Origin: a virus
Lineage: Duplodnaviria; Caudoviricetes
DNA length: 59,806 nt
Virus record (IMG/VR): IMGVR_UViG_3300046171_000176
Span: 1-59,806 of that record
Direction: 5' to 3' (one strand)
In this document: one piece after another, positions 1-7,810 of the stretch
Position numbering within the stretch: the stretch's first letter is position 1
Layout of the letters: every line of letters starts with the position of its first letter
Program-made: the position numbers and the translations under genes
Notes under the pieces: generated by a model
Database searches by the model: none
Told to the model about the DNA's origin: nothing
The model's input: the letters and a program-made list of their open reading frames with translations, nothing else

Positions 1-1
1 T

Positions 2-133
2 ATAAAACAATTAAAAATATTAGATAGAGTATTTCAACATTACTTAGAATATAATGACAACGACGAAGAGGCAAGAGATTTATACCTGCAAATGTTAAAT
101 CCACTTGAATATAATATAATAGAAAAAAAATAA
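2..133 (+). CDS. partial small early hypothetical protein (5' end outside window)
   Basis: Open frame IKQLKILDRVFQHYLEY...IIEKK ending TAA at 131-133; read manually. Confidence 0.5.
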   Translation: MKQLKILDRVFQHYLEYNDNDEEARDLYLQMLNPLEYNIIEKK

Positions 134-137
134 AATT

Positions 138-269
138 ATGATTTGGAAAGATAACTTAGGAAATGATTTAACTTGGGCAATTGGCCTACAAATGGACGGT
201 AAACTAAATAGAATTGAAGTGTTGGGTATAATTGAAACTCACAAACTAAATACGATACTAAATGGATAA
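138..269 (+). CDS. small early hypothetical protein (43 aa)
   Basis: Manual translation MIWKDNLGND...NTILNG*; A-rich upstream sequence, fits the gene packing. Confidence 0.55.
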   Translation: MIWKDNLGNDLTWAIGLQMDGKLNRIEVLGIIETHKLNTILNG

Positions 270-273
270 TATA
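241..273 (+). promoter_or_regulatory. early promoter-like motif, copy 1
   Basis: ACAAACTAAATACGA-tactaaat-GGATAATATA; ATG 6 nt downstream. Confidence 0.75.
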
Positions 274-279
274 ATTGAT

Positions 280-417
280 ATGAAAAATTTTGAAAAACTA
301 ATGGAAGAAATAGGATTCCAAATAACTAAACTAAATGATGGTACAATTGACAAAGACGATTTTACCCAAGCGATTGAAGAAATACACGAATATTTTAATA
401 CTACAATAACTATATGA
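280..417 (+). CDS. small early hypothetical protein (45 aa)
   Basis: Manual translation MKNFEKLMEE...TTITI*; ATGA overlap with next ORF. Confidence 0.6.
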   Translation: MKNFEKLMEEIGFQITKLNDGTIDKDDFTQAIEEIHEYFNTTITI

Positions 418-635
418 AAGTAACTAATATGAAAGACCTACTGAAATATGTAGAAGAAAAGAAAAGAAAGCAAGCTCATGATCACTATGAAATAGCGAAA
501 GTATTCGGTCCTTGTAAAGGAATGGGTAATAGAAAATATAAAATACCTCAAAAATCTACCTTTGCTAAGTTTAAAAAGTACAGTTATACTGGTAGATGGA
601 ACGATTACAGAATAAATACGAACAAACTCGGATAA
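414..635 (+). CDS. early hypothetical protein (basic)
   Basis: ORF track; coupled to upstream ORF. Confidence 0.6.
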   Translation: MKVTNMKDLLKYVEEKKRKQAHDHYEIAKVFGPCKGMGNRKYKIPQKSTFAKFKKYSYTGRWNDYRINTNKLG

Positions 636-639
636 TATA
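607..639 (+). promoter_or_regulatory. early promoter-like motif, copy 2
   Basis: ACAGAATAAATACGA-acaaactc-GGATAATATA. Confidence 0.7.
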
Positions 640-640
640 T

Positions 641-844
641 ATGAATATGAAATTTATAGATTACAAACCTGAACAAATAGCGAAAAAGCTTAAAGATGTA
701 GAAAGATACGAATCTATAATGGGTGTTGATACAAGAAGCAAATCTTGGCGAAAGTGGTGTGAATCGATCGAATATCGCAAACGAGAATGGGAATTCAGAC
801 AAGCAACAGTAAACTTATTTAAACATAATAATAAAATACTATGA
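641..844 (+). CDS. early hypothetical protein
   Basis: ORF track 596..844; start moved to ATG 641 (or 647), downstream of the promoter motif. Confidence 0.6.
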   Translation: MNMKFIDYKPEQIAKKLKDVERYESIMGVDTRSKSWRKWCESIEYRKREWEFRQATVNLFKHNNKIL

Positions 845-1038
845 GTAAAATGAAAAAATTAGATAGAATTGCTGGCGGAATCGCAGAAGTTACAAAAGAA
901 CTAATGTATGATAGTATTGACTGGCAACTGTCAGACTATCCACAAGACGGTGATGATTACAATGCTATACATTCACACGTCATGAAAAGAGCAATTGAAA
1001 TAATGTATCACGAATTACAAACTAAACACGAATCATAA
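841..1038 (+). CDS. early hypothetical protein
   Basis: ORF track; ATGA overlap. Confidence 0.65.
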   Translation: MSKMKKLDRIAGGIAEVTKELMYDSIDWQLSDYPQDGDDYNAIHSHVMKRAIEIMYHELQTKHES

Positions 1039-1049
1039 TGGATAATATT
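1017..1049 (+). promoter_or_regulatory. early promoter-like motif, copy 3
   Basis: ACAAACTAAACACGA-atcataat-GGATAATATT; ATG 5 nt downstream. Confidence 0.75.
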
Positions 1050-1054
1050 ATTGT

Positions 1055-1246
1055 ATGAAAAAATGTAAATGTAATAATATAATACCATTAGGTAGAGTCA
1101 AGCTAGGTTATAATACCTGTGTTAATTGTAGTACAACTCAACAATATAGTTATGTGCCAATTATCGCAAACAAACAAGTGCTTGAAGTACAAATAGTATC
1201 ACAAGAAGTAAGTGCTGCGGTACATAAATCGTGGCGAAGAAAATAG
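1055..1246 (+). CDS. DksA/TraR-type C4 zinc-finger small protein
   Basis: CKC..IP..R..LGYNTCVNC resembles the TraR/DksA zinc-finger pattern. Confidence 0.55.
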   Translation: MKKCKCNNIIPLGRVKLGYNTCVNCSTTQQYSYVPIIANKQVLEVQIVSQEVSAAVHKSWRRK

Positions 1247-1420
1247 GGCGTGAAATGGTAAGACAAGAAATAGGAGACGATAAGATTTGAAGCTAACTAA
1301 AAATGTATGTGATGCCGACTATCGACGGGTATAAGCGAGTGTATTACATTTGTTAGTTATTTGATGTATTTCTTTGAAGTCACACTAACTTGAACGCAGG
1401 TTCGAATCCTGCCACGTCCA
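1246..1420 (+). ncRNA. miniature tmRNA-like RNA (alanyl tRNA-like domain, 175 nt)
   Basis: Acceptor stem GGGCGTG(1246-52)/CACGTCC(1413-19) with G3.U70 and discriminator A; T arm GCAGG-TTCGAAT-CCTGC; stemless D-loop AAATGGTAAGA; helix-2a-like CAAG/CTTG; no anticodon arm. Confidence 0.75.
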
Positions 1421-1422
1421 CT

Positions 1423-1578
1423 ATGGAACATCCAAACGCAAAGAAACATTTTTATGTGTCAATTCTGAAGAGTATAGTAAGAATTGTCGGGTATATGCTA
1501 ATACCTTTCAATATAGTAGCGGCATGTATAACGCTGATAACCAGTGAGTTAATCGGCATTTATGAAGAAATGGTATGA
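1423..1578 (+). CDS. small membrane protein
   Basis: MEHPNAKK..., two hydrophobic stretches; start moved from 1390 to the ATG after the RNA gene. Confidence 0.65.
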   Translation: MEHPNAKKHFYVSILKSIVRIVGYMLIPFNIVAACITLITSELIGIYEEMV

Positions 1579-1763
1579 TAGATAATATGTATATGTGGGT
1601 ACTAGATTTCGAGGAAGGAACAGTACACAAGTATGAAGTCACCGACGTATTTTGGGATGACGATTATACTCAAGAAGATTTTTTAATTGAAAATGACCAT
1701 CACCCTAGTAACTGTGAATGGATGCTAACACCGGCGAGTGATTATAATGGATTTACAAACTAA
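1575..1763 (+). CDS. acidic early hypothetical protein
   Basis: ORF track; ATGA overlap. Confidence 0.65.
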   Translation: MIDNMYMWVLDFEEGTVHKYEVTDVFWDDDYTQEDFLIENDHHPSNCEWMLTPASDYNGFTN

Positions 1764-1787
1764 ATACGAACTAATACGGATAATATA
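1755..1787 (+). promoter_or_regulatory. early promoter-like motif, copy 4
   Basis: ACAAACTAAATACGA-actaatac-GGATAATATA; ATG 6 nt downstream. Confidence 0.75.
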
Positions 1788-1793
1788 AACGAT

Positions 1794-2021
1794 ATGCAAA
1801 ACTTATACAAACAATTAAAACCGGAATTCAGAAAAAAACTGAACGAAAACTGTAAAAAATACGAATCAGTTAATAGAATCAAATACACTCTAATGTCTAA
1901 AACACTATGGCAAGAGTTATCAATTAGTAACATTAAAGACTTAGTATTATGGGCTGACCTCGATACTAGAAAACTAACTATTGATGGCATGTTATACGGT
2001 GATAATATTATTAGTAAATAA
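1794..2021 (+). CDS. early hypothetical protein
   Basis: ORF track. Confidence 0.65.
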   Translation: MQNLYKQLKPEFRKKLNENCKKYESVNRIKYTLMSKTLWQELSISNIKDLVLWADLDTRKLTIDGMLYGDNIISK

Positions 2022-2260
2022 TGAAATACAACGACACAACCAAAGAAGCTGCAGCCATACACATTTGGTCGAAACTAAAATCGATCGATTGGAAAATAGA
2101 TGATTTGCAGTACGAAATCGATATTAAAAAATGGTATCCAATTATTAAACCTGAAATGAATCAAAGTGTTCTTAAGGGTAAATTACAAGAAAAAATAATG
2201 TTACAATACATTGCTTCCTTAATAGAAAAAGATTATAAAATAAAAATAGATTTAATTTAA
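2021..2260 (+). CDS. early hypothetical protein
   Basis: ORF track; TAATG coupling. Confidence 0.65.
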   Translation: MKYNDTTKEAAAIHIWSKLKSIDWKIDDLQYEIDIKKWYPIIKPEMNQSVLKGKLQEKIMLQYIASLIEKDYKIKIDLI

Positions 2261-2262
2261 TT

Positions 2263-2472
2263 ATGGCAAAAAATATGAGCTATTGTGCAGCCGAAAACAC
2301 TCGAGATTGCATGGAACAATTACTTAATTTAATACAAACAGGTGATAAAAATGATGTGTTCAATGAGCAACCACCTCATAATTACGAAGCTAGAGCAATT
2401 GAAGACATTGCTTATTTAGCCGACGAACTAGCTAGGGCATGTACTTATTTAATAGATACTCATGGCAACTAG
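2263..2472 (+). CDS. early hypothetical protein
   Basis: ORF track. Confidence 0.65.
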   Translation: MAKNMSYCAAENTRDCMEQLLNLIQTGDKNDVFNEQPPHNYEARAIEDIAYLADELARACTYLIDTHGN

Positions 2473-2950
2473 AAATTTAACAATGGTAATACCTTACAAA
2501 AGGTATAATAAAGGTTATAGTAACCCTAAAAACTATGAAGACTATAGCTGTGTAAATATGTATTTACATCACGATGGTTATCCTGAATGGCAAGGTGTTC
2601 AATTAGCTAACTGGTTGAAAGTGAATAGGTTTCAAGACGAAACAAGAGCTGCAGCAAAACTAGTGTATGATATGTACTATGACAGTTGCTACCTATATGA
2701 TAAAGCAAGTAGAATTGACCATCAATATACTTATATGGTATTTGTCGGCGAGAATACAAGAGTCGTATGCTATGATAACTATAGTCACACTGAAATATTT
2801 GATATGACACCCGATGAAATACTTGCAAAGTATGCGGATGAAATGGAATATACTAGATTTGACAAAGGACAAACTAGATATACACAGGGCAAAAGTGATG
2901 ATGTTAAATATCACTCAAATAAATTATTAGAACTATTACAAAGTTTTTAA
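2462..2950 (+). CDS. phage protein with YxHxDGYP motif
   Basis: MATR...MYLHHDGYPEWQG..L pattern typical of a widespread phage early-gene family of unknown function. Confidence 0.7.
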   Translation: MATRNLTMVIPYKRYNKGYSNPKNYEDYSCVNMYLHHDGYPEWQGVQLANWLKVNRFQDETRAAAKLVYDMYYDSCYLYDKASRIDHQYTYMVFVGENTRVVCYDNYSHTEIFDMTPDEILAKYADEMEYTRFDKGQTRYTQGKSDDVKYHSNKLLELLQSF

Positions 2951-2952
2951 AT

Positions 2953-3186
2953 ATGAAAAAACCAAAATGGTTCACTGGTGTATGGTATGCAGACGGTGAC
3001 AAAGTAACAAATCCATTTAGCGGCGAAAGCTATGAACTAAATGGCGCAGAATTGAGTATGTATGATTTTATTATAGGTGCTCAAATGTTCGGTAACTTAT
3101 CCGATAAAATGATCAACGACGTGCAAAAAGCATTGAGTTGGTTTAGAAAAAATAACCCTAAAGCCTATATGGTATTACTAGATTAA
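2953..3186 (+). CDS. hypothetical phage protein
   Basis: ORF track; VTNPFSGES...AYMVLLD. Confidence 0.7.
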   Translation: MKKPKWFTGVWYADGDKVTNPFSGESYELNGAELSMYDFIIGAQMFGNLSDKMINDVQKALSWFRKNNPKAYMVLLD

Positions 3187-3188
3187 TT

Positions 3189-3530
3189 ATGACAAATAAA
3201 GAAAAAGTGCTCGGCTATTACGGAGCAGAAATATTTACAGAGTGGACTAACAATGCTACATTTTATATGGAAACTTGCTATACAGCTGACAGTTACGATA
3301 TATACTGGTGCCACTCTGTTGACGATACAACACCTCAGCTAGACTATGACGTATATTATTACGCTGAAAATTGTATTGATGTATTTAAAGATGCTTTAAA
3401 ATCAGGAGAATTAATTTATATTGATGAAACATTGTATGATGATATATATGTTGATGATATTATTAAAGAAATAGCTGAAGCTATGCACCCTGAAGAAGTT
3501 GACGGTGAAATATTAGATACTACAGACTAA
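3189..3530 (+). CDS. acidic hypothetical protein
   Basis: ORF track. Confidence 0.65.
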   Translation: MTNKEKVLGYYGAEIFTEWTNNATFYMETCYTADSYDIYWCHSVDDTTPQLDYDVYYYAENCIDVFKDALKSGELIYIDETLYDDIYVDDIIKEIAEAMHPEEVDGEILDTTD

Positions 3531-3554
3531 ATACGAATACATATGGATAATATA
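3522..3554 (+). promoter_or_regulatory. early promoter-like motif, copy 5
   Basis: ACAGACTAAATACGA-atacatat-GGATAATATA; ATG 3 nt downstream. Confidence 0.75.
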
Positions 3555-3557
3555 AAT

Positions 3558-3836
3558 ATGAGCGAGGAAGAATATAAAGCATTATACAACCGAATCAAAA
3601 TAGATTTATATGATGAGTTTATTAATCCTGAAACCGCTAATTACGGAGCTGATGTCATACGACAAAAGGAAGCTAAGGAAGATATATATTCCGATATAGT
3701 TTCAGAAAAAGAAATTATATTAGACGAAATAAAACAATTAACTTCTGTAATGAAAAAGTATGAAGCGGATGAGGAGTATGAACACGCTGCGTTTATGAAA
3801 AAAAGAATTAATAACCTTAAAAAACGATTAAAATGA
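3558..3836 (+). CDS. protein with C-terminal UVR (UvrB/UvrC) coiled-coil motif
   Basis: MKKYEADEEYEHAAFMKKRINNLK fits the UVR motif; start moved from 3543 to the ATG after the promoter motif. Confidence 0.6.
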   Translation: MSEEEYKALYNRIKIDLYDEFINPETANYGADVIRQKEAKEDIYSDIVSEKEIILDEIKQLTSVMKKYEADEEYEHAAFMKKRINNLKKRLK

Positions 3837-4669
3837 AAAAAGCAATGCTTGCCCACAAATTTGATATAAGCAGAGTTGACTATTCTGAGCCTGTTTATAT
3901 TCAACCAAAGCTTGACGGCGTTAGATGTTTATTCACTGCTAATGGAGCATACTCACGCAACGGTAAAAAGTTTATGAACGTTAGACATATTGAAATGTCA
4001 CTTAAACCTTTATTTGACCATCAACCTAATATTGTACTTGACGGCGAATTATATAATCATAAACTTAAAAATGATTTTGAAAAAATTATATCACTAGTTA
4101 GAAAACAAAAACCTAGTGACGAAGATAGAATTAATGCACAACACTTAGTTCAATTTCATGTTTACGATTTCTTTGATGAATTACAATATGACTATTATGA
4201 AACTAGAATGCATAAGTTAAATGTATCTGATATATATGGACCTTGTGTTAAATATGTACCAACATACAGAGTGCATAAACACGAAGAAGCTTTGAACATG
4301 CACCATGACGCATTTCTTGCTAATGGTTACGAAGGCTCAATACTTAGACTAAATAGTTTATACAAACACGGTCGATCGTATGACTTAATGAAATTCAAAG
4401 ACTTCTCAGACTCTGAAGCTACCATTGTTAATTACGAAGAAGGTAAGGGCAAGCGATTTGGCACACTTGGTAAGTTTATAATGCAAGACGACGACGGCAA
4501 CATATTTGGTTGCCCTCCCGGTAAAGGTTATAATCATACCGACTTGAAACATATGTTGAAAAATATACATCAATATATGGGTCAGCGTGCTACATTTACG
4601 TACTTTCAACGAACTAACGCTGGTAGCTACAGACATCCATTATTTAAAGCATTAAGAAATTATGAGTAA
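3833..4669 (+). CDS. ATP-dependent DNA ligase
   Basis: Motif I QPKLDGVRC, LDGELY, GYEGSILR, LMKFK, YRHP. Confidence 0.92.
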   Translation: MKKAMLAHKFDISRVDYSEPVYIQPKLDGVRCLFTANGAYSRNGKKFMNVRHIEMSLKPLFDHQPNIVLDGELYNHKLKNDFEKIISLVRKQKPSDEDRINAQHLVQFHVYDFFDELQYDYYETRMHKLNVSDIYGPCVKYVPTYRVHKHEEALNMHHDAFLANGYEGSILRLNSLYKHGRSYDLMKFKDFSDSEATIVNYEEGKGKRFGTLGKFIMQDDDGNIFGCPPGKGYNHTDLKHMLKNIHQYMGQRATFTYFQRTNAGSYRHPLFKALRNYE

Positions 4670-4772
4670 ACTAATATGGAAACTATATAATGATAATATG
4701 ATTAGCGAAGAAGTTGCTCACATATTATTAGATAAACACTACAATAGATTAAACAATAAACGATATGACTAG
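4662..4772 (+). CDS. small hypothetical protein (36 aa)
   Basis: Manual translation MSKLIWKLYNDNMISEEVAH...; fills the gap and overlaps both neighbours. Confidence 0.5.
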   Translation: MSKLIWKLYNDNMISEEVAHILLDKHYNRLNNKRYD

Positions 4773-4959
4773 AGATATTATTATTCAACAAGTAATTGAA
4801 AAAATTAAATCACGTTCAGACGTCGGCTTTAAAAAGTACGGAGTTACACTAAAAGATGACGATCAACCTCTTGATATATGGCTAACACATATACAAGAAG
4901 AATTAATGGACGCGGTTAATTATATTGAAAAAGCAAAAGACGTATTAAACAATGGATAG
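4765..4959 (+). CDS. small all-alpha NTP-pyrophosphohydrolase-like phage protein
   Basis: RSDVGFKKYGVTL...WLTHIQEELMDAVNY (EExxD metal-binding-like pattern). Confidence 0.55.
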   Translation: MTRDIIIQQVIEKIKSRSDVGFKKYGVTLKDDDQPLDIWLTHIQEELMDAVNYIEKAKDVLNNG

Positions 4960-5025
4960 TATTTTAATTATATTAGCAATAGTTGCTATATTCTCAATAA
5001 GAGCACTATACAACGATTTATTTAA

Positions 5026-5583
5026 ATGAATATATTTTACTTACACGAAGACCCTCGGTTGGCGGCATCATATGTGTACGACAAGCATAAAGTGAAAATG
5101 ATTCTTGAATCAGCGCAGATGTTATGCACGGCACACCACGTGTTTGGTAATGGTAATAATGTTCCATACAAGCAAGCACACTTGAACCATCCGTCAACTA
5201 TCTGGGTCCGAGAAAATACTCATCATTATTATTGGTTATATGAACATATGTTAGCCTTAGGTGAAGAGTATACTAAACGATATGGCAAACGACATTTAAC
5301 AATTACTAAATGTGCAGAACCTTTGATTTATGCACCAATTGACATGCCGACATTGCCATATAAACATCCACCTCAGTGTATGCCTGACGAATATAAACGA
5401 CCACATGCTATACACGGTTACTGGAATTACTATATAAATGATAAATTTAAAATTTGTAATAAAAATGAAATACCATATAAAACGCCTCCTGTCCGTGTTA
5501 TGGACGATTACTTTAATGGCAACGGTAGCTCTAATATCATCTTTAGCCACTATGATATGGGCAGTAGACTTGCCACCGGATGA
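5026..5583 (+). CDS. pyrimidine-dimer DNA glycosylase family (DenV-like)
   Basis: MNIFYL...DKHKVKMILESAQMLCTAH, HLNHPSTIWVR, EYTKRYGKRH, PPQCMPDEYK. Confidence 0.8.
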   Translation: MNIFYLHEDPRLAASYVYDKHKVKMILESAQMLCTAHHVFGNGNNVPYKQAHLNHPSTIWVRENTHHYYWLYEHMLALGEEYTKRYGKRHLTITKCAEPLIYAPIDMPTLPYKHPPQCMPDEYKRPHAIHGYWNYYINDKFKICNKNEIPYKTPPVRVMDDYFNGNGSSNIIFSHYDMGSRLATG

Positions 5584-5758
5584 TTATACTTTGCTGAATA
5601 CCAGGTGGTTAAACTGGCCAGTACAAGAATATTATTCAAGAGAGAATATAGAACTATTAATTGAAGGACCAAAACAAATAACACTTAAAGATTATGAGCA
5701 AAACGAGACAACATATATTGCATCAATACAAAGTAAACTTATTCGGGTTAGCCGATAA
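5465..5758 (+). CDS. putative membrane protein
   Basis: N-terminal hydrophobic helix; overlaps the glycosylase 3' end; start uncertain. Confidence 0.45.
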   Translation: MKYHIKRLLSVLWTITLMATVALISSLATMIWAVDLPPDDYTLLNTRWLNWPVQEYYSRENIELLIEGPKQITLKDYEQNETTYIASIQSKLIRVSR

Positions 5759-5792
5759 AATTAAAAAGTTTAGAAAACCATATAAAAGAAAG

Positions 5793-5837
5793 GCGACGAA
5801 AGCTAATAAATAATAATTAGTAGGCAGCTAATGTCAC
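5793..5837. promoter_or_regulatory. 45-bp inverted-repeat site A (over HTH gene start)
   Basis: GCGACGAAAG-N25-CTAATGTCAC; same geometry as sites at 58751 and 59615. Confidence 0.55.
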
Positions 5838-6448
5838 AAAGAAACTTTAAATACTTGCATGATAAAAGAATTATATACGGGAGAACCCCAATCACGGATG
5901 TTCCTACCGAATCAACTGATATATATGATTATTATGAAAACGGCACCTATCAATGTTACGCTTTATTTAGAAGCAAAGCTAAAATTACTACATATAAAAG
6001 TTTAAAGTGGCATTTCTTAGTTATACAACATTTAAATGGTGATTTAAATATGAAAGAACTTAAAAGAGTGTTTGAATATATAGCCAATATTAAAAATAAC
6101 TTTGTTACATTTTCAATGTCACATGGTGCATTTGATAAATTGGTTAATGAAGTTTTTATAACTGACGCTGAACGTCCGCCCAAAAACAGAATTAGAAAAG
6201 TAATATTTAAGCCTAACAAAATACTCACACTATCTGAAAAGCTTAGTATTGTAGGCCAATTAATTGGTCGTAGCAAGAAAATAGTTGAAGAGGATATATA
6301 CCAGTGCATGTTAGATTTAAATGATAACAAACAAAAAATAACCATAATTAAGCTTGCTCAGCTTTTAAAATGTTCAACAAGAACAATATACAGAAACATG
6401 GGTAACCAACTTAAAATTGAAAAAGAATTACTAAATAAAGAAATATGA
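5831..6448 (+). CDS. DNA-binding protein with C-terminal HTH
   Basis: ITIIKLAQLLKCSTRTIYRNM helix-turn-helix. Confidence 0.75.
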   Translation: MSQRNFKYLHDKRIIYGRTPITDVPTESTDIYDYYENGTYQCYALFRSKAKITTYKSLKWHFLVIQHLNGDLNMKELKRVFEYIANIKNNFVTFSMSHGAFDKLVNEVFITDAERPPKNRIRKVIFKPNKILTLSEKLSIVGQLIGRSKKIVEEDIYQCMLDLNDNKQKITIIKLAQLLKCSTRTIYRNMGNQLKIEKELLNKEI

Positions 6449-7209
6449 GAAAATATAATATTCAAAATTATATTAGGTATAAAAACGACGTAGAAAAACA
6501 ATTACAAAGAGTTAAGAAGCCAGTTGACGGTGATTATACAGGATTAACAGATGAAGAAATTAAAATTAATTTTCTTCCGTTAGTTGTTACTCTTGCACAT
6601 AAACAATCTACGTCGGACCAAGCGTCAGGTGTACTGAGTATACTTGATTTGTTTCAAGAAGGCAATGCGGGTTTGTGCTCTGCTGTTAATAAATTGGATA
6701 GAACTATTTTAGCTGAGTCTGAAGATCAAGAAAAGACTTTGAAGTCATTCTTATCGAAAAGAATTAAAGGCGCGATACGGAGGTCTGTAGATATGCACAG
6801 AGGCGAGATTAGAATACCAGAACATAAACTAAATGAAATTAGACGCAATCCAAAAGATGAGAAAATGGTTGCTATGTTTTTTAATAGTGTATTTTCTAGC
6901 ATCGATGATAAACCTAATGATGATGATAACATGGCTTATCAAGTTGTAGATAAGTCTGAGCCATATAATATAGCTTTACTCAATACATATTTATTGTCAC
7001 TGATGAGAACACATTTAACACCAGCACAATATGATGTATTAAGAATGAGCTATGGACTAGACTGCGATAAACATTCTGCGAATGAAATTGCAGCTAAACT
7101 AGGAATCAATGTTGCGACTGCTCATGTACGTATTTCACAGATAAAACGGGATGCTATACATTGCCTTATCGAAAACGTAGATAGCTCGCAAGTGCTTGAT
7201 TACCTGTAA
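6445..7209 (+). CDS. sigma70-family RNA polymerase sigma factor
   Basis: Region 2: FLPLVVTLAHK...DLFQEGNAGL...SKRIKGAIRR; region 4 HTH: LTPAQYDVLRMSYGL...NEIAAKLGI. Confidence 0.88.
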   Translation: MRKYNIQNYIRYKNDVEKQLQRVKKPVDGDYTGLTDEEIKINFLPLVVTLAHKQSTSDQASGVLSILDLFQEGNAGLCSAVNKLDRTILAESEDQEKTLKSFLSKRIKGAIRRSVDMHRGEIRIPEHKLNEIRRNPKDEKMVAMFFNSVFSSIDDKPNDDDNMAYQVVDKSEPYNIALLNTYLLSLMRTHLTPAQYDVLRMSYGLDCDKHSANEIAAKLGINVATAHVRISQIKRDAIHCLIENVDSSQVLDYL

Positions 7210-7229
7210 GTTACGGTGCAACACACCGC

Positions 7230-7257
7230 TTAAGTTTAATTTTTAATATGTAATTAT
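7230..7257 (+). promoter_or_regulatory. middle/late promoter-like motif
   Basis: TTAA-N16-GTAATTAT, 6 nt before ATG 7264. Confidence 0.65.
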
Positions 7258-7263
7258 ATTAGT

Positions 7264-7809
7264 ATGACCATAAACCAAAAACTTGCAACCCTGCAAACAA
7301 AATTTAAATCGAAAAAAAGTAGATTTAATTCATTCGGCAAATATTACTTTAGGTCGGCCGAAGACATTCTCGAAAGCATAAAACCCTATTTATTAGAATT
7401 AGGAGTCGCAGTTACGATTAATGAAGAATTAATTGAAACTAATCCTATGCCTATAATTAAAACAACTGCAAAGTTGATTGATGAAAAAGGTATGACGTTA
7501 AAAGCCGTCGCAATAGTTGGTGTGGATCTCAACCAAAAAGGTATGCAGACTCCACAACAATTTGGTAGCGCATCGAGTTACGCAAAGAAATATGCGTTAG
7601 GTAATTTATTATTAATTGATGATACACAAGACAGTGATGCAACAAACGATCACGGCAAAAAAAGTTCAACTTTCAAAGCAAAGCCTAAACAAGCTTTAGC
7701 TGATGTACAAAAAGCAATAGACTATATAAAAGCCGGTGGAAAGATTGATGCAATCAAAGCTAAGTATCAATTAACTTCAGAACAAGAAAAGAAGTTAACA
7801 ACACTTTAG
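7264..7809 (+). CDS. ERF-family ssDNA annealing protein
   Basis: FNSFGKYYFRSAEDILE...QQFGSASSYAKKYALGNLLLIDDTQDSDA. Confidence 0.88.
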   Translation: MTINQKLATLQTKFKSKKSRFNSFGKYYFRSAEDILESIKPYLLELGVAVTINEELIETNPMPIIKTTAKLIDEKGMTLKAVAIVGVDLNQKGMQTPQQFGSASSYAKKYALGNLLLIDDTQDSDATNDHGKKSSTFKAKPKQALADVQKAIDYIKAGGKIDAIKAKYQLTSEQEKKLTTL

Positions 7810-7810
7810 T

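Noticed and set aside
1390-1422. Standard tRNA gene, or a TTG-start extension of the 1390..1578 ORF
   Set aside because: The T arm pairs with a 5' strand about 170 nt upstream and there is no D stem or anticodon arm; the extension MNAGSNPATST is just the T arm translated
241-3554. 33-bp repeats as a CRISPR array
   Set aside because: Copies are hundreds of bp apart, separated by genes and have a variable 8-nt core; no cas genes; the positions fit promoters
5831-7209. Lysogeny module (repressor/integrase)
   Set aside because: No integrase, ParA or CI/Cro divergent pair; the HTH gene is co-oriented and coupled to the sigma gene
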